Virus record (IMG/VR): IMGVR_UViG_3300049914_000251 | Span: 49,819-113,818 of that record | Length of the DNA: 64,000 nt | Strand: one strand, 5' to 3' | DNA from: a virus | Shown: positions 26,624 to 37,066 of the stretch, piece by piece | How positions within the stretch are numbered: position 1 is the stretch's first letter | Layout of the letters: each line of letters opens with the position of its first letter | Program-made: the position numbers and the translations under genes | The notes under the pieces: generated by a model | The model's database searches: none | Seen by the model: only the letters and a program-made list of their open reading frames with translations | What the model was told of the DNA's origin: nothing

Positions 26624-27404
26624 TTTTCCTCGCTTGTAACACCCAGTTCATAGCCCGTGCATACAGATAATGAGATATTGCAGCAAAATAAGCCGCAACA
26701 ACATCAGTCACTCCAACGCTTTCAGACAAAACACGAATATAATCAGCCTGCTTAATAATTACATCTGTCACGCCAACATTATCTCTAATAGAGTTATTAA
26801 AGATTCCGGCCTTAATAAGAACATCTGTCAGACCTACAGTGTTAGCTAATGAAACTGCGATACTTCTCATGACAGACGGCATCCCCGCATCCGTCACTAC
26901 CACGCTCTCAGCAATAACTGCCAAAACGATATTCCTCATGACAGATGGCATCCCCGCATCAGTCACTCCCACGCCATCTACCACAGACCTGTTAAACGTG
27001 CCCTGCTTACTCAGAACATCCGTAACTCCAGCAGTGTTAAGAACAGATCTCATAAAATCTACTGTTTTGATTAAGACATCGGTTATTCCTACGTTGTTCT
27101 GCAGAACAGCTGTCAAATTTCTGTTCGGTATGGCTACATCAGTCAGCCCTACATTATCTGCAATACCCCTTATCCAATTAAACGGTCCAAACGTCTGCGG
27201 TATCAACTCACCTAAATATAAATTTGGATCCATCCTGCCGATTATAGGTTGGTCTATCGATGACAACCACCCAACACCGAAAAGATCTCCCTCAGCAGCT
27301 ATCCACGAAATATCTGTATCTGTTACCGTGGGATAACATACTTTAGGAATAAAAGGAACATCCAGACTGTCATCAAACCACACACCAGCACTTTTTAATG
27401 GCAT
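26610..27404 (-). CDS. Virion protein with ~21-aa (D/N)xVG(V/L/I)TD repeats
   Basis: About 8 repeats; near-identical 33-nt DNA duplication near 26866 and 26935. Confidence 0.65.
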   Translation of the reverse strand: MPLKSAGVWFDDSLDVPFIPKVCYPTVTDTDISWIAAEGDLFGVGWLSSIDQPIIGRMDPNLYLGELIPQTFGPFNWIRGIADNVGLTDVAIPNRNLTAVLQNNVGITDVLIKTVDFMRSVLNTAGVTDVLSKQGTFNRSVVDGVGVTDAGMPSVMRNIVLAVIAESVVVTDAGMPSVMRSIAVSLANTVGLTDVLIKAGIFNNSIRDNVGVTDVIIKQADYIRVLSESVGVTDVVAAYFAAISHYLYARAMNWVLQARKNESS

Positions 27405-27631
27405 CTCAACCTCGCCCGTGCTTCCGCCTGCTCTAATCTCTTCTCAACAGGATTACACTCCAAACACCCTTGACTTCCACACGTTACCTTCATACACTTC
27501 AAACAAAATCCCCGCTTACGACCACTACCCGGATTTACCGCAAAATGACATCCACAATGTCCACACTGTAACGTACTGCCTTCAACACTTCCCTTTTCAC
27601 TTATGATTTCAAAGTGCCCATCTTCTCGCAC
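27395..27631 (-). CDS. Small Cys-rich Zn-binding protein
   Basis: CGHC, CLKC, C...C..C. Confidence 0.65.
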   Translation of the reverse strand: MREDGHFEIISEKGSVEGSTLQCGHCGCHFAVNPGSGRKRGFCLKCMKVTCGSQGCLECNPVEKRLEQAEARARLRCH

Positions 27632-27643
27632 TTTTCCCCCGAT

Positions 27644-28096
27644 CTACTCTTCCCAATAAAGAGTCGTCATAACCTCCGGAGTTGCTGCAGCTGCGACATC
27701 AATAGCTCCCTCACCCACGCCATCATCCGCAGTAGCCGGAAGTACGATCTCAGCTCCTGGAGCTGCCACCCACCTGAAAGTAGCACGCTGATTAACCCCT
27801 ACCTGCAACACCACATTTCCAGCAGTGTACGTAGGTTCCACCGTACTGTTGTCACCACACACGCACAGAGCCGCTGGAGATGCCTTATCTAACTTAGCAG
27901 GAGTCACCGCAGATGCAGTGCCTGGAGCAGAGAAGCGCTGTATCGTATGCTTCAAGGTAATATCTGCAGGGGCAGAAACATGAGACATAATTACCTCATA
28001 AATCTTACCTCTCCGTGTTGCAACACCTGCTAAAACTATAGTCGTATCCAAAGGATTTGCAACCGTCTGCGTACCTGCCGCAAAATACTTATCCAT
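27644..28096 (-). CDS. Hypothetical virion protein
   Basis: GGAGG SD; Ala/Thr/Val-rich beta composition. Confidence 0.6.
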   Translation of the reverse strand: MDKYFAAGTQTVANPLDTTIVLAGVATRRGKIYEVIMSHVSAPADITLKHTIQRFSAPGTASAVTPAKLDKASPAALCVCGDNSTVEPTYTAGNVVLQVGVNQRATFRWVAAPGAEIVLPATADDGVGEGAIDVAAAATPEVMTTLYWEE

Positions 28097-28124
28097 ACCT
28101 GCCTCCCTAAAGTGATCCTGTCAC

Positions 28125-28502
28125 TTAAAACCAATGTTGGTACAATGCCATACTTACGAGAACTGTACCTATGATTCCGAAAATACCTGCCGCAATATTA
28201 AATTTAGTTCTCATACTTGGAAGATCTTTCAAAATCTTCCTTATCTCTTCTGCCTCTTCTGGACTCTTAGCCACAAGAGCTAAACAACGTATCGAATTCT
28301 TAATCTCATTCATATCTTTAGCATTATCTGCTTTCATAGTAGTCATCCCCTCATTCATATGTGAGAGATGATTAGTAATCAACGTATCCATCCCAGATAT
28401 TGCTTGTGCATTAGTAGCTACAGAAGCTGTCAGAGCATTAAAAAGCTCTACGCACTTTATATTGATTTCCTCATGAATAATTTCAACCTTCTTAGTAGCC
28501 AT
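28125..28502 (-). CDS. Coiled-coil protein with C-terminal TM helix (holin/XhlA-like)
   Basis: TNHLSHM coiled coil; IAAGIFGIIGTVLVSMALY. Confidence 0.5.
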   Translation of the reverse strand: MATKKVEIIHEEINIKCVELFNALTASVATNAQAISGMDTLITNHLSHMNEGMTTMKADNAKDMNEIKNSIRCLALVAKSPEEAEEIRKILKDLPSMRTKFNIAAGIFGIIGTVLVSMALYQHWF

Positions 28503-28517
28503 ACAGACCCCCTAATT

Positions 28518-30473
<1,956 letters not shown>

Positions 30474-30487
30474 ATCATACCTCCAGT

Positions 30488-30859
30488 TTAATAACCTGCC
30501 ACATAGCCGCGCACTGTAGGCCGCTGTCCAGCAGTCTTATTGATGAAAGATATTTTAGACGTCGCCCCATCACCAAAGGCGGAAACAGCGACGTTTTCTT
30601 CTATCCACGTTTCACCGCCCTCTACTAAAATTGCTGTAGCAGATCCGGCAACTGCAACTGCCCCGCTGATATCTATGTAAACGCCGAGATCTGTAATAAA
30701 AGTGAACTCCCTTATACATTCAAGATTGCCCGGACCCCCTAAAACCACCAGATTCTCAGCCACATTCGTGACAGCCAGCTTTTTATTTAACGCACGATAA
30801 TCTGCTTTAGGTTCCACAGATTGACGCACTGTCATTGCTCTACGTATTGTCATATACAC
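30488..30859 (-). CDS. Hypothetical virion protein
   Basis: ORF within structural operon. Confidence 0.6.
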   Translation of the reverse strand: MYMTIRRAMTVRQSVEPKADYRALNKKLAVTNVAENLVVLGGPGNLECIREFTFITDLGVYIDISGAVAVAGSATAILVEGGETWIEENVAVSAFGDGATSKISFINKTAGQRPTVRGYVAGY

Positions 30860-30881
30860 CTACCTTCCCCGATTAGGAGAA

Positions 30882-31406
30882 TCACTTTTTCTTACTTAAA
30901 AGTTCCTTAAGGTTCTGAGATACGTCCTTAATATTAGCATCTGCGTTAAACGCCAAACCACCTCTTTCAGATGAGGGCAGCCTTACCTCGCCCAACACAC
31001 CTGCCGAAACATCCCTTTGAGATTGAGGATGTGCCAACATCCGCTCTGGCTCACCATCGACTATTTCGAACCCCACCGGAGGTAAGTCCCCTGCTTCTTT
31101 TCCAGGCACATACCCCGGATCATGAACAGGTGCTACGCTCCTCTTAGAACCAGAAGGTGTCAGCGAATCAGGATTGTCAAAACGTGAATAAGTACGTTCT
31201 GTAACTCTGTTAACAGCAACGCCCTGTCCCGGTGTTTTATTTATTGCCCGTATGCCCATCATTCTTTTGTTCTGATCGAGAACCTCAAAAATTTCCATAT
31301 TAGACAACGATTTCGCCTTCTGCGCATCGTCTATCTTGACGGTAACACCCCTCTTAAATCCCCAAAACTCCTCATGAGGTCCCAGCAAAGTAACTTCGTA
31401 TGACAT
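30882..31406 (-). CDS. Hypothetical protein
   Basis: ORF with AAAGGA SD. Confidence 0.6.
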   Translation of the reverse strand: MSYEVTLLGPHEEFWGFKRGVTVKIDDAQKAKSLSNMEIFEVLDQNKRMMGIRAINKTPGQGVAVNRVTERTYSRFDNPDSLTPSGSKRSVAPVHDPGYVPGKEAGDLPPVGFEIVDGEPERMLAHPQSQRDVSAGVLGEVRLPSSERGGLAFNADANIKDVSQNLKELLSKKK

Positions 31407-31424
31407 TACAATTTCCTTTCAGAC

Positions 31425-31925
31425 TTACTTATCAGTAGGATAAAGCTCGACGTTAACCGTAGCGGCGATGGATTTTGCCGTCACATTAGCATTATCTACT
31501 ACCAACGTAACATATACCAGTTGTCCCTCAAGCAAATCGCAAACCCCTGCTGTAGCTACTAACACGGCATCATAATCCGTATAAGCTGTCAGGCCGCTTA
31601 TGGTTAAAGCAGAACATAGATCCACGTCAGCCCCAGCGATAACCGCCTTAGAAAGAGTCACATGAACATGATTGGCAGCCATTGTAGGATACTGCTGTGC
31701 ATTCACGAATATCCTATTTACCGTACAGTTCACCGGTGCCATGAACATGCCCAGAATCCTGGTCTGAGCCTTAATACAATCGGCCACAGGCTCATTCGTC
31801 GCGTCCTGAGCACCTCTCGCCTGTGCTACAATAAAAGGAAGAGATTTAACGTAACGAGTTCGATAACCTTTACCTAACTGATCCATCAGTCTCTCTTTGC
31901 GTTCGATAACTTTCGTATGTGCCAT
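31425..31925 (-). CDS. Putative capsid decoration protein, paralog 3
   Basis: Shared N-terminus MAHTKVIERKERLMDQLGKGYRTRY plus beta-sandwich. Confidence 0.6.
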   Translation of the reverse strand: MAHTKVIERKERLMDQLGKGYRTRYVKSLPFIVAQARGAQDATNEPVADCIKAQTRILGMFMAPVNCTVNRIFVNAQQYPTMAANHVHVTLSKAVIAGADVDLCSALTISGLTAYTDYDAVLVATAGVCDLLEGQLVYVTLVVDNANVTAKSIAATVNVELYPTDK

Positions 31926-31975
31926 GTTTAGCCTCCATCAGGGTAGCACTTAGACCACCCACTAACTAATCTAAT

Positions 31976-32476
31976 TTACACCTCTGTAGGCATGAATTCT
32001 ATACCTACTACCAAACCACTGGACTTAGCTGTTATCGCTTGATCAGCTACGCCAATAGTAACATCCACCGCTTCACCTTCCAACATATTCACAGCAGCAG
32101 CAACCAGGGTAAGGTCACAAGCTGTCTCTGCTACCTGAGAAGCTGCTTCGATATTCAGAGCAGCAGTCAACGCAACGTCACCAGTCACATAACCAACCTT
32201 AGTTCCTGTCAAGTTAATAACCCCGGCCGCAGCATTATTTGGCCACGCTTTAGCATTAGCGAACATGCGCAATATTTGACAATTACAAGGAGCCACAAAA
32301 ACTCCCTTATACACTGTCTGGGCACGAAGCGCATCTGCCAGCAAGTCGCTGTCAGCAGAAGTATCATCTATTCGATCTTCTGCTATAATTACCGGTACAA
32401 CCGAAGTATAGCGAGTTCTATATCCTTTGCCTAACTGAGTCATCAGTGTCGCTTTGAGTTCAATCGTTTTTGTCAT
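31976..32476 (-). CDS. Putative capsid decoration protein, paralog 2
   Basis: MTKTIELKATLMTQLGKGYRTRY; GGAGG SD supports ATG 32476. Confidence 0.6.
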   Translation of the reverse strand: MTKTIELKATLMTQLGKGYRTRYTSVVPVIIAEDRIDDTSADSDLLADALRAQTVYKGVFVAPCNCQILRMFANAKAWPNNAAAGVINLTGTKVGYVTGDVALTAALNIEAASQVAETACDLTLVAAAVNMLEGEAVDVTIGVADQAITAKSSGLVVGIEFMPTEV

Positions 32477-32477
32477 G

Positions 32478-32948
32478 TTAAGCCTCCGCGGGCATGTACT
32501 CAACGCCCAATACTAAACTGTTAGACCTAGTTGCCACCGCATCGTTTGAAACAGCAACCACTACATAAACAAGCGCGCCCTCATCCAGATCGGCATTGCC
32601 TGTAATTGTCAAATCAGCAGTTAACTTTCCTGTCAACGCATCAATGGACTCTGCCGCTGTTATAGCGTTGGCGTTGTTATAAAAACGTGCCGTTATAGTA
32701 CCACCGTTAGGATAACCATAAGCACGTGAAAAACAACGCAACACTGTGCATTTACACGGTGCTACGAATATACCTTTATATAAAGTCTCATTACGAATCA
32801 CATCGGCTACCACATTTCCCGGAGCCACATCCGATCCTCTGTCATTAGCTACTAACACAGTAACCTGCGGCGTATAACGAGTTCGATATCCCTTACCGAG
32901 TTGGTCCATTATTCGCTCTTTCCGCTCAATTACTTTCGTATGTGCCAT
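32478..32948 (-). CDS. Putative capsid decoration protein, paralog 1
   Basis: First gene after MCP; GGGAGG SD supports ATG 32948. Confidence 0.6.
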   Translation of the reverse strand: MAHTKVIERKERIMDQLGKGYRTRYTPQVTVLVANDRGSDVAPGNVVADVIRNETLYKGIFVAPCKCTVLRCFSRAYGYPNGGTITARFYNNANAITAAESIDALTGKLTADLTITGNADLDEGALVYVVVAVSNDAVATRSNSLVLGVEYMPAEA

Positions 32949-33120
32949 TGCTTTCCTCCCTGGAGGCGACACCCCGATCGCCCACTAAATACCACTTTAG
33001 CCCGCAACCATAATACGGTTCGGGCTTACGCTCAAATCTCAAAGCGCCTTTTTCCTCGCTTCATTGCCTTATTTTAGCGAATACAAAGACTCGCTACTCT
33101 TGTAAAATCAGATTGCCTAA

Positions 33121-33155
33121 CGGGTAGTGCCCGTTGTTAAACGAAGCACTACCCG
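33121..33155 (-). terminator. Strong hairpin downstream of the capsid gene
   Basis: 10-bp stem CGGGTAGTGC/GCACTACCCG; no immediate U tract. Confidence 0.45.
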
Positions 33156-33177
33156 CATTAGCCACTTTACTTTAACT

Positions 33178-34626
33178 TTAGACTGTCTTCAAATCGGAGA
33201 TCTTGGCCTGCTTCCTCACGTCTAAGCAGCGAAGCTCAGCGTAGGTGAAGAACATGCCCTTGATCCCGAGCATGTCGTTCTGTAGGTAATCTCTCGACTC
33301 GAAGTACCTAGTCATTGATGCTACAGCCAGCTCTAACCACCGCGTATCGAGCACGAACACGTCGCACCCACCAGCGGTAAGAGTATGAGCACCGGCAGAG
33401 TAGTCATAGCCTTTCTTCATATCCACATCGGGGAAGAAGGGAATTCCACGATAGGTTGCCAGTTGGAAACCAGCCTGGAAACCTGGGAGAGTAGCCTCTC
33501 CACCCCTCTTGACCTGGAATGAAGCCTCAGGCATATATCGACGCTGTGCCTGCAGCAATTGGTCTACCCTGTCCAGCTGATCAAAACCGGAAAGTATGAT
33601 GTCAGGCTCTCCACCGGCTTCACGAACGTACCTAATGGCCTGATCGATCAGCTCAGTTTCAAGATATCTGGTTACACCAGCATTCCCCACCACGTTTCCA
33701 GCGTTATACGCAGCAGCTGTTCTATTTACACCACTTGCTGTTAAAGTGGTGGCACCAGGAATCACTCCCCAGTTATAGCACTTTACACCCTCAGCCGGAT
33801 TACTTGCCAGCGAAAGGACGCGGCCATCATATTCTACTACATCGTCCAAAGCGGTAATTCCACCGCGACCGACCACCATATACTCGTTATCCTGAACGAG
33901 AGTAATAGGATCGGTTGGACCGGAACCATTCTGAGTTCCCACAGAAAGGAACGTATGTGCTCCAGTAGATCGATTTGGGGCCACGCAAATTGCCAGGTAA
34001 CTGCCGGAATTTGCACCGTTCTTATCAGTTGCAGTACCGTAGATTATGTCGCCTGGTCTTAGGGCAGTTGCCGGAGCAATTATAGCCGCACCACTTGTCA
34101 ACCCAGCTGTGGTGCAAACTACATAGTTGTTATCCAGAATGCCCCCGTTAATGTCTTTAATATGGTCAATAGATGCAAACTCCTGCTCAACCGCAAGAGC
34201 GTCACCAATTCCACCCTCTATCCCTGCCAGATACTGCGCCTGCTCAGTCACGCCGAGCATGGTCACAATAGCTCTAGGCGGAGACCATATCTGTTGGTAC
34301 GTAGACTTAGCAACAGCTGGCAGTGCAGCATTTTCAGCTACCGGAGCTGTGCTAGTATTACGCGCAGAACGGTTTCTCCATCCTACAGTAGTTCCAAACG
34401 GAACCTTCCGGAACAGGTTGAATGTTTTAACTTGATTATTTAAAATGTCCCAGACCTTCCGACCGTACGTCTGAGTGAAAAAGTCTGTATAAACCAACTG
34501 ACTTCCGCCAGCCGATAAACCAGTACCTTTAATCAGATCAAATACTGGAGGGAGCTGAGGCCCAAGGCCGTACCCTGCTTCAACTCTTGTTAGATATTCC
34601 ATCAGGTTCTCACCAAAAGTTGCCAT
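33178..34626 (-). CDS. Major capsid protein (HK97 fold)
   Basis: YGRKVWDILNN...F.KVPF...GWR, GGEPDIIL.G.DQ, LATYRGIPF, ELRC...KQAKISDL; follows protease and scaffold. Confidence 0.9.
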   Translation of the reverse strand: MATFGENLMEYLTRVEAGYGLGPQLPPVFDLIKGTGLSAGGSQLVYTDFFTQTYGRKVWDILNNQVKTFNLFRKVPFGTTVGWRNRSARNTSTAPVAENAALPAVAKSTYQQIWSPPRAIVTMLGVTEQAQYLAGIEGGIGDALAVEQEFASIDHIKDINGGILDNNYVVCTTAGLTSGAAIIAPATALRPGDIIYGTATDKNGANSGSYLAICVAPNRSTGAHTFLSVGTQNGSGPTDPITLVQDNEYMVVGRGGITALDDVVEYDGRVLSLASNPAEGVKCYNWGVIPGATTLTASGVNRTAAAYNAGNVVGNAGVTRYLETELIDQAIRYVREAGGEPDIILSGFDQLDRVDQLLQAQRRYMPEASFQVKRGGEATLPGFQAGFQLATYRGIPFFPDVDMKKGYDYSAGAHTLTAGGCDVFVLDTRWLELAVASMTRYFESRDYLQNDMLGIKGMFFTYAELRCLDVRKQAKISDLKTV

Positions 34627-35549
34627 TAGTACGCCCTCCTACTCATGTCAAGACTCTGCAGTGCAGGGTCCACCTGAGATCTAAATTTATTTACCTGTTT
34701 AAATGTGGCGCCAGGAATCTTACCAGCCTTCACTAATAGAGAAGGCGGATCAGGATCCCTACACAACCACTCTACTGCTTTTGTGAGGTCATCGCCACCT
34801 ACGTTTGCTGACCTGCTCCCTGCGATTGCCGCCGGAACTGGTGTGGTCGAAGCCACAATGCCAGCGCTCTTGAGGATACCCTCAAACTTGGCGGATAATC
34901 GAGATTCAATTTCGTCAGCGGCTTTCTTAACCTCTGCGGAAGCGGAGTAATCAGTGCTTTCCGGTTTCTTTAAATCACCCTGAGGACCTGGTTCAATCGA
35001 AGAGTCCTTGCCTTTACCAGCAGACTCAGCGCCCTTGTCCTTCACGGTGTCCGGAAGCTTCTCCTTGCCCATGCCTAACCCGGCCATGTCCTTCTGCAGT
35101 CGGGCTATTTCGCCTCTCTGCGAAACGATCTCTTCGAGAGCAAGATCAAGCAGCTTGGCGGCCTTTGTCTCTTCCATTTCGTCGTCCTCCTTTGAAGACT
35201 CATCGCCGTCCTCAGCCTCCTCTTCAGGGAGCTTAGGTACGTCATTTTTGTCTTCCTGCTTGTCTTCCTTCTCAGGCTCTTTCTTGTCGTCCTTCTTTTC
35301 GTCCTTCTTGTCGTCAGACTTTCCGTCCTCTTTCTTATCGTCAGCGGACTTGTCGTCCTTCTTCTCGTCGGACTTGGCAGGTTCCTCAGCCTTTTGAAGC
35401 TGCGCTACCTTACCATCCAGGGCATCAATCTGAGCCTGCATCAGGGCAAGATCAACCCCCTTCGCATCAGCAGAGATGTCTTCACCGTTAGCGATTGCTT
35501 TCTTAAGCTCATCAACTGCCTTTTGTGCCATTTCGAGTTTACTTGCCAT
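34626..35549 (-). CDS. Capsid scaffolding protein
   Basis: D/E/K-rich coiled coil with many xxK-A/S sites; directly upstream of MCP; GGAAGGT SD supports ATG 35549. Confidence 0.8.
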   Translation of the reverse strand: MASKLEMAQKAVDELKKAIANGEDISADAKGVDLALMQAQIDALDGKVAQLQKAEEPAKSDEKKDDKSADDKKEDGKSDDKKDEKKDDKKEPEKEDKQEDKNDVPKLPEEEAEDGDESSKEDDEMEETKAAKLLDLALEEIVSQRGEIARLQKDMAGLGMGKEKLPDTVKDKGAESAGKGKDSSIEPGPQGDLKKPESTDYSASAEVKKAADEIESRLSAKFEGILKSAGIVASTTPVPAAIAGSRSANVGGDDLTKAVEWLCRDPDPPSLLVKAGKIPGATFKQVNKFRSQVDPALQSLDMSRRAY

Positions 35550-35656
35550 ACCTTCCGTTTCACCTAGTACAAATTTCCCATTCACCAGCCTTCTATCCGC
35601 TGGCAGTTGGCATTTAGCCAGCCGAGACCCGGGATAAGCCTCGAACATCCTTTAAA

Positions 35657-35681
35657 GTAGAGTATTCGACCTCTCTACCTT
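35657..35681. repeat. Hairpin repeat copy 2 (after the HNH gene)
   Basis: gtagagtattcgacctctctacctt, near-identical to 36241-36263. Confidence 0.75.
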
Positions 35682-35686
35682 ACACC

Positions 35687-36217
35687 CTAACAAACGGGCA
35701 ACCATACCCACCAGCCATTCCGAACCAAATCACCCTGTGTTTTCTTATGATGACATCTCACACACAAAACCTGCAAATTTTCATCCCTATCTGCAATATC
35801 AAGTTGTCCATACCACGCCAACACATGCCTGGGTGTTATATGATCACACCGTAAAAGCGCTTTGTTAATTTCTCCGCATCTAGCACACGGTTTACCGATA
35901 ACAAATATGAGATAATTACCCTTGAACCACCAACTGGAAGAACTACCATAGACCGAATACCTTTCTCTGTACCACTCGATACCTTTTTCGGTCTGCTTCC
36001 ACCTCATCACGCTAATTCTACGAATATCGGCGCCCTTCTCTGTCTTACGATAATTTCTGGTACGTTCACGCCGAGCAATACTTCCCTTTACTGAACGATC
36101 ATACCTTGTCCAGATAATCCTATCTACTGCAACCCGACAAACACTACAATAAGAAGGCGGACGACCTGCCCCCACCCGTACATATTCGAATTCGACTCCA
36201 CATGACTTGCATTGCAT
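35687..36217 (-). CDS. HNH endonuclease
   Basis: CARCG...CDHITP...NLQVLCVRCHHKKT. Confidence 0.85.
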   Translation of the reverse strand: MQCKSCGVEFEYVRVGAGRPPSYCSVCRVAVDRIIWTRYDRSVKGSIARRERTRNYRKTEKGADIRRISVMRWKQTEKGIEWYRERYSVYGSSSSWWFKGNYLIFVIGKPCARCGEINKALLRCDHITPRHVLAWYGQLDIADRDENLQVLCVRCHHKKTQGDLVRNGWWVWLPVC

Positions 36218-36228
36218 TTTAACCCGCG

Positions 36229-36263
36229 CAAAAAATAAGGGTAGAGTTCGACCGCTCTACCTT
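36229..36263 (-). terminator. Hairpin repeat copy 1, terminator-like
   Basis: GGTAGAG-loop-CTCTACC followed by CTTATTTTTT. Confidence 0.6.
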
Positions 36264-36307
36264 TATCTTCTAAGTTACTTTTAACGCTATTTTTCTATTC
36301 TGATGTA

Positions 36308-36357
36308 AGTTTACCACGATAGTTCATGTCTTGCAAGTCTTGTATTAGCCGCCCGTT
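36308..36357 (-). promoter_or_regulatory. sigma70-like promoter P1 with upstream 20-bp box
   Basis: AACGGGCGGCTAATACAAGA-C-TTGCAA-17 nt-TAAACT, extended -10 TG. Confidence 0.65.
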
Positions 36358-36453
36358 GACATTTTTATAAAATGCCTGCGCCCCTCAACACGCTCTCAAC
36401 AACCTTCTGCCTCTCCTGAAGTTGCCGTATCTGCCACTGTCTTTCATAACACC

Positions 36454-36503
36454 ACTCTACGCCATTCCCTTGTTGCCGTCAACTCTTGTATTAGCTGCCC
36501 GTT
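36454..36503 (-). promoter_or_regulatory. sigma70-like promoter P2 with the same 20-bp box
   Basis: AACGGGCAGCTAATACAAGA-G-TTGACG-17 nt-TAGAGT. Confidence 0.6.
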
Positions 36504-36996
36504 ACTTAGCTTTATTTTTACCCCGTCGCATCTCCTTCTCTGTCAGATATTCCAGTAGATACCACGAAACAAAAGATTCAGCTATGCCTACTGCCGTGAA
36601 CACACCCACAAGTAAATTACCTACTTGCATGTTCCCGAGACCGAACTGAATTCCTACATAAGCGTCTCCCGGAATCATAGAATTAACCATGAACACGCTC
36701 AGATACTTCAAAAAATCGTATTTCCGAGCAAACTCCGGCTTACGCCTCCTGATTTTCTTCCTGCTTGCCTTACGTTCATCCCCGGTTAAATATTCCGTGC
36801 ACTTCCACGCTATGAGAGAATCAACAGTACCTACTGTGAATAGCAGCAGAATAAAGAATATTCCGAAGACCCACCGATCGAACCCGAAGAAGTAACTCGA
36901 ATATATGCCCACAGGAATTGTACTGTTGCTTAATACGATGTTTAAGTACTTCAACAGATTGTAACGTACTTGGGGGCTTTTCTGGAGGTTGATCAT
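36502..36996 (-). CDS. Membrane protein with internal two-fold duplication
   Basis: Two copies of Y..LKYL.....NS.IP..Y....FG...W...EYLT..E. Confidence 0.7.
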   Translation of the reverse strand: MINLQKSPQVRYNLLKYLNIVLSNSTIPVGIYSSYFFGFDRWVFGIFFILLLFTVGTVDSLIAWKCTEYLTGDERKASRKKIRRRKPEFARKYDFLKYLSVFMVNSMIPGDAYVGIQFGLGNMQVGNLLVGVFTAVGIAESFVSWYLLEYLTEKEMRRGKNKAK

Positions 36997-37066
36997 AGCT
37001 ACCTCCGTCAGTTACCGTTGTGTCCATACAAACCTCCGAGTTTATATACATCTCTACATCCAATGT

